Origin: Octopus bimaculoides
Lineage: Eukaryota
Assembly: GCF_001194135.2 (NCBI RefSeq)
Contig: NC_068986.1
Location: 102,332,474-102,369,368 of the forward strand
DNA: 36,895 nucleotides
Reading direction: 5' to 3'
In this document: positions 36,743-36,895 of the stretch, piece by piece
Numbering within the stretch: the first letter of the stretch is position 1
How the letters are laid out: the number at the start of each line of letters is the position of its first letter
The notes under the pieces: model-generated
What the model saw: the letters and a program-made list of their open reading frames with translations, nothing else
What the model was told of the DNA's origin: nothing
Databases searched by the model: none
Position numbers and translations under genes: made by a program

Positions 36743-36849
36743 TGTAAGTGTTAATATGTACATTGTTTTGTCTTGGTATAAAAGATGGGCTACCGAAAAT
36801 ATCCTGCACAATACCACAATACCCTTATGCAGTAAGACGCATAAAGCCA

Positions 36850-36851
<2 letters not shown>

Positions 36852-36895
<44 letters not shown>
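36852..36895. repeat. (TC)n microsatellite at the window end
   Basis: Directly visible. Confidence 0.97.

Noticed and set aside
72-36809. ORFs such as VCVC, THTH, YIYI, poly-L, poly-K and poly-M in the supplied track
   Set aside because: They are translations of di-, tri- and tetranucleotide microsatellites.
1-36895. CRISPR array, rRNA or prokaryotic operon
   Set aside because: No repeat-spacer periodicity, rRNA motifs or dense coding is present, and the sequence is eukaryotic repeat-rich DNA.

Overview
This is AT-rich, microsatellite-dense eukaryotic intronic or intergenic DNA with seven N gaps (4342-5279, 9530-9868, 14200-14275, 19450-19505, 20797-21258, 22934-23638, 31810-31848). The SINE, RTE-LINE, mariner and Penelope remnants resemble repeat families I recall from Octopus, so a coleoid cephalopod origin is an inference from memory, not a search result. 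No intact protein-coding gene, tRNA, rRNA or CRISPR array can be supported, and most tracked ORFs are microsatellite or N-gap artefacts. The supported content is decayed mobile DNA: two tRNA-type SINE families, a truncated mariner transposase copy, two Tc1/mariner MITEs, two RTE-class LINE 3' ends, and a Penelope-like element (RT plus GIY-YIG). The most interesting signals are five minimal hammerhead-ribozyme motifs (four with a YCGA rather than CUGA core), three long inverted repeats (two directly beside a hammerhead, suggesting inverted Penelope pLTRs), a possible chain of minus-strand microexons that splice in frame, and an Illumina adapter remnant at a gap edge. All alignments and identities were done by eye.
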